From a bacterium (lineage in GTDB: Bacteria > Patescibacteriota > Minisyncoccia > JAHIHE01): a DNA stretch of 64,000 bases. Positions 62,276 to 64,000 of the stretch are shown piece after piece. The translations under genes were made by a program, and so were the position numbers. A model generated the notes under the pieces. It was not told the origin of the DNA, searched no databases, and worked only from the letters and a program-made list of their open reading frames with translations. The stretch's first letter is position 1. Each line of letters opens with the position of its first letter. The DNA is taken from positions 68,015-132,014 of the forward strand of contig JAUYBG010000006.1 of NCBI GenBank assembly GCA_030693205.1, in the 5' to 3' direction.

Positions 62276-62350
62276 GGACCGTTGGTGTAGCCCGGTTAAC
62301 ACGTCTCCCTGTCACGGAGAAGACCGCGGGTTCAAATCCCGCACGGTCCG
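62276..62350 (+). tRNA. tRNA-Asp(GTC)
   Basis: GGACCGT/ACGGTCC acceptor, TCTCC-CT GTC AC-GGAGA. Confidence 0.94.
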
Positions 62351-62436
62351 CTTTGATTGGAATGAAAAATTTATTGAATTTTATAAATCATAATAAAAAG
62401 CGCTTTTGGCGCTTTTTATTATTTGCGAAAATATTC

Positions 62437-63006
62437 CTACATAACTTCCAGGTCTTCCATCGCCCTCTCGAAAGCGGCAACCGCTTTTTTCGCTTCTCCT
62501 TCGGAAAGCTTGAAATTTACATCATGCGACAAAGAATTTCTCACTCGATGCGCGTTCCAGACATCGTTTATATTTTGAATTTCGCTCGGATGAACCTGAT
62601 TTAATCTCTCGTTAAAAGTTTCTCCGCTATAACCCAGACGCCTTAACACTTCGTCAAAAAACTTATCAGCCTCGATAACCGCCAAACGCCAGCTCGATTC
62701 CTGCCCCGCTTGAACTAATTTAGCGATTTCACTCCAGCCGCTAATTGTAATTTTTCTTTCTTCGCCTTTTCCTTGGCCTATGATATTCTCGATGCCTGCC
62801 TTGACTTCCAAGGCGGTTTTTTTAGGCCTGGCGGCGGATACGATCAAAATGATCGCCACCAGCAAAACAAAGCTATAAATAATTAAAATGATTTTAAAAA
62901 AATAATAAACCTTCAAAGCAAAAGGGGATGTTTGCAAAGATGAAACCATGTTTGTCGCGGAAGCAAAATCGTTGGCGGTAATAGCGGCTACTTGTAGTAA
63001 AAACAT
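62437..63006 (-). CDS. conserved membrane-anchored hypothetical protein
   Basis: TM; WRLAVIEADK...GYSGETF.ERL...WNAHRVRN. Confidence 0.75.
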   Translation of the reverse strand: MFLLQVAAITANDFASATNMVSSLQTSPFALKVYYFFKIILIIYSFVLLVAIILIVSAARPKKTALEVKAGIENIIGQGKGEERKITISGWSEIAKLVQAGQESSWRLAVIEADKFFDEVLRRLGYSGETFNERLNQVHPSEIQNINDVWNAHRVRNSLSHDVNFKLSEGEAKKAVAAFERAMEDLEVM

Positions 63007-63041
63007 ATATTGTAAATTAAACTAATTATTGGTTGATCTAA

Positions 63042-64000
63042 TTATTTTAATTTCGGCCTCGCTTTATGCCAGTCCGTCGCTTTTTCGTAAATATTAGCCA
63101 CCGATAAGACAGTTTGCTCATCAAAGCCTTTTCCGATTATCTGCATGCCGATCGGCATAGGAATATCCCCGTCCTTAGGCTTGGCAAAACCGCAAGGAAT
63201 GGAAATTGCCGGAAGGCCGGCCAGCGACACCGCGCTGACAAAAATATCTTCCAAATACATCTCCAGAGGAGTAGCTCTTGAGCCGATCTTGAAAGCCACA
63301 TGAGGCGCGGTTGGGGTTATCAGGCAATCAACTTCTTTAAAAGCCTCATCAAAATCTTTTTTGATCAAAGTCCTGACTTTTTGCGCTTTTAAATAATACG
63401 CATCGTAATAACCGGCGGAAAGCGTATAGGTTCCCAGCATTATTCTTCTTTTGGCTTCATCGCCAAACCCATATCGCCGGCTTTTTAAATAAACTTCCCA
63501 AAGATTTTTTATTTCCGAGCTATACTTGCCGTCGTTCTCCACCGAGTAACCATACCTTATCCCGTCAAAACGCGCCAAATTCGAGCTAACTTCGGCGGGA
63601 GTGATAATATAATAAACCGGAACAGCATATTTTGTATTGGGCAAACTGACAGGAATTGCCTTTGCGCCTTTTTCTTCCAAAAGCGCGATGGCTTCCCTAA
63701 CCGCTTTCAAAACTTCCGGATCTAATCCTTCGGCAAAATACTCATCGGGCACGCCGATCTTCAAGCCGTTAATATTTTCCTTATCCAAATATTTTACATA
63801 ATCAAACACCGCGATATTCGGCGTTGTCAGGTCTTTTTTATCCTGACCCGCCAAACGTTCCAAAACTATCGCCGCGTCTTTTACTGTCTTAGTGATAATT
63901 CCCGGGCAATCGGTGGATGAAGTCATGCTAATCAAGCCATAACGGGATATTCGGCCATAACTGGGCTTTAATCCGACCACGCCGCAAAATGACGCCGGAC
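63042..64000 (-). CDS. gatA: Asp/Glu-tRNA amidotransferase subunit A, partial
   Basis: GLKPSYGRISRYG, SSNLARFDGIRYG, RRIMLGTY; fits with a non-discriminating AspRS. Confidence 0.96.
   Translation of the reverse strand, partial: PASFCGVVGLKPSYGRISRYGLISMTSSTDCPGIITKTVKDAAIVLERLAGQDKKDLTTPNIAVFDYVKYLDKENINGLKIGVPDEYFAEGLDPEVLKAVREAIALLEEKGAKAIPVSLPNTKYAVPVYYIITPAEVSSNLARFDGIRYGYSVENDGKYSSEIKNLWEVYLKSRRYGFGDEAKRRIMLGTYTLSAGYYDAYYLKAQKVRTLIKKDFDEAFKEVDCLITPTAPHVAFKIGSRATPLEMYLEDIFVSAVSLAGLPAISIPCGFAKPKDGDIPMPIGMQIIGKGFDEQTVLSVANIYEKATDWHKARPKLK

Overview
This 64 kb window is bacterial, with the gene repertoire and style of a Patescibacteria/CPR (Parcubacteria-like) chromosome; the taxonomy is inferred from gene families only. 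Housekeeping blocks lie at both ends: scpAB, aspS, argS, grpE-dnaK-dnaJ, corA, cysS, dnaB, recR, rplU, rplJL, uvrB, gyrB, pheST, gatA and five tRNAs. They flank an AT-rich accessory region at about 19.6-47.8 kb. The main discovery is three unrelated radical-SAM/SPASM RiPP-like cassettes. Each begins with an unannotated 32-47 aa precursor ORF and each is driven by the same ~85-nt module (TTGACA-16-extended -10 promoter, 11-bp hairpin, boxA-like motif, SD). Two of the cassettes are stacked behind a histidine kinase gene and separated by in-frame copies of that kinase's 3' end, which suggests serial cassette accretion; no integrase is visible in the window. Upstream, a DDxxD isoprenoid-synthase-like gene is translationally coupled to the GAF-GAF kinase. 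Further repeat-flanked cassettes of secreted proteins (including M23 peptidases) extend to a tRNA-Val and a fragmented tRNA 3' half. Small palindromic elements are common, several of them inserted in frame in essential genes. All family assignments come from reading motifs by eye; no database search was run.
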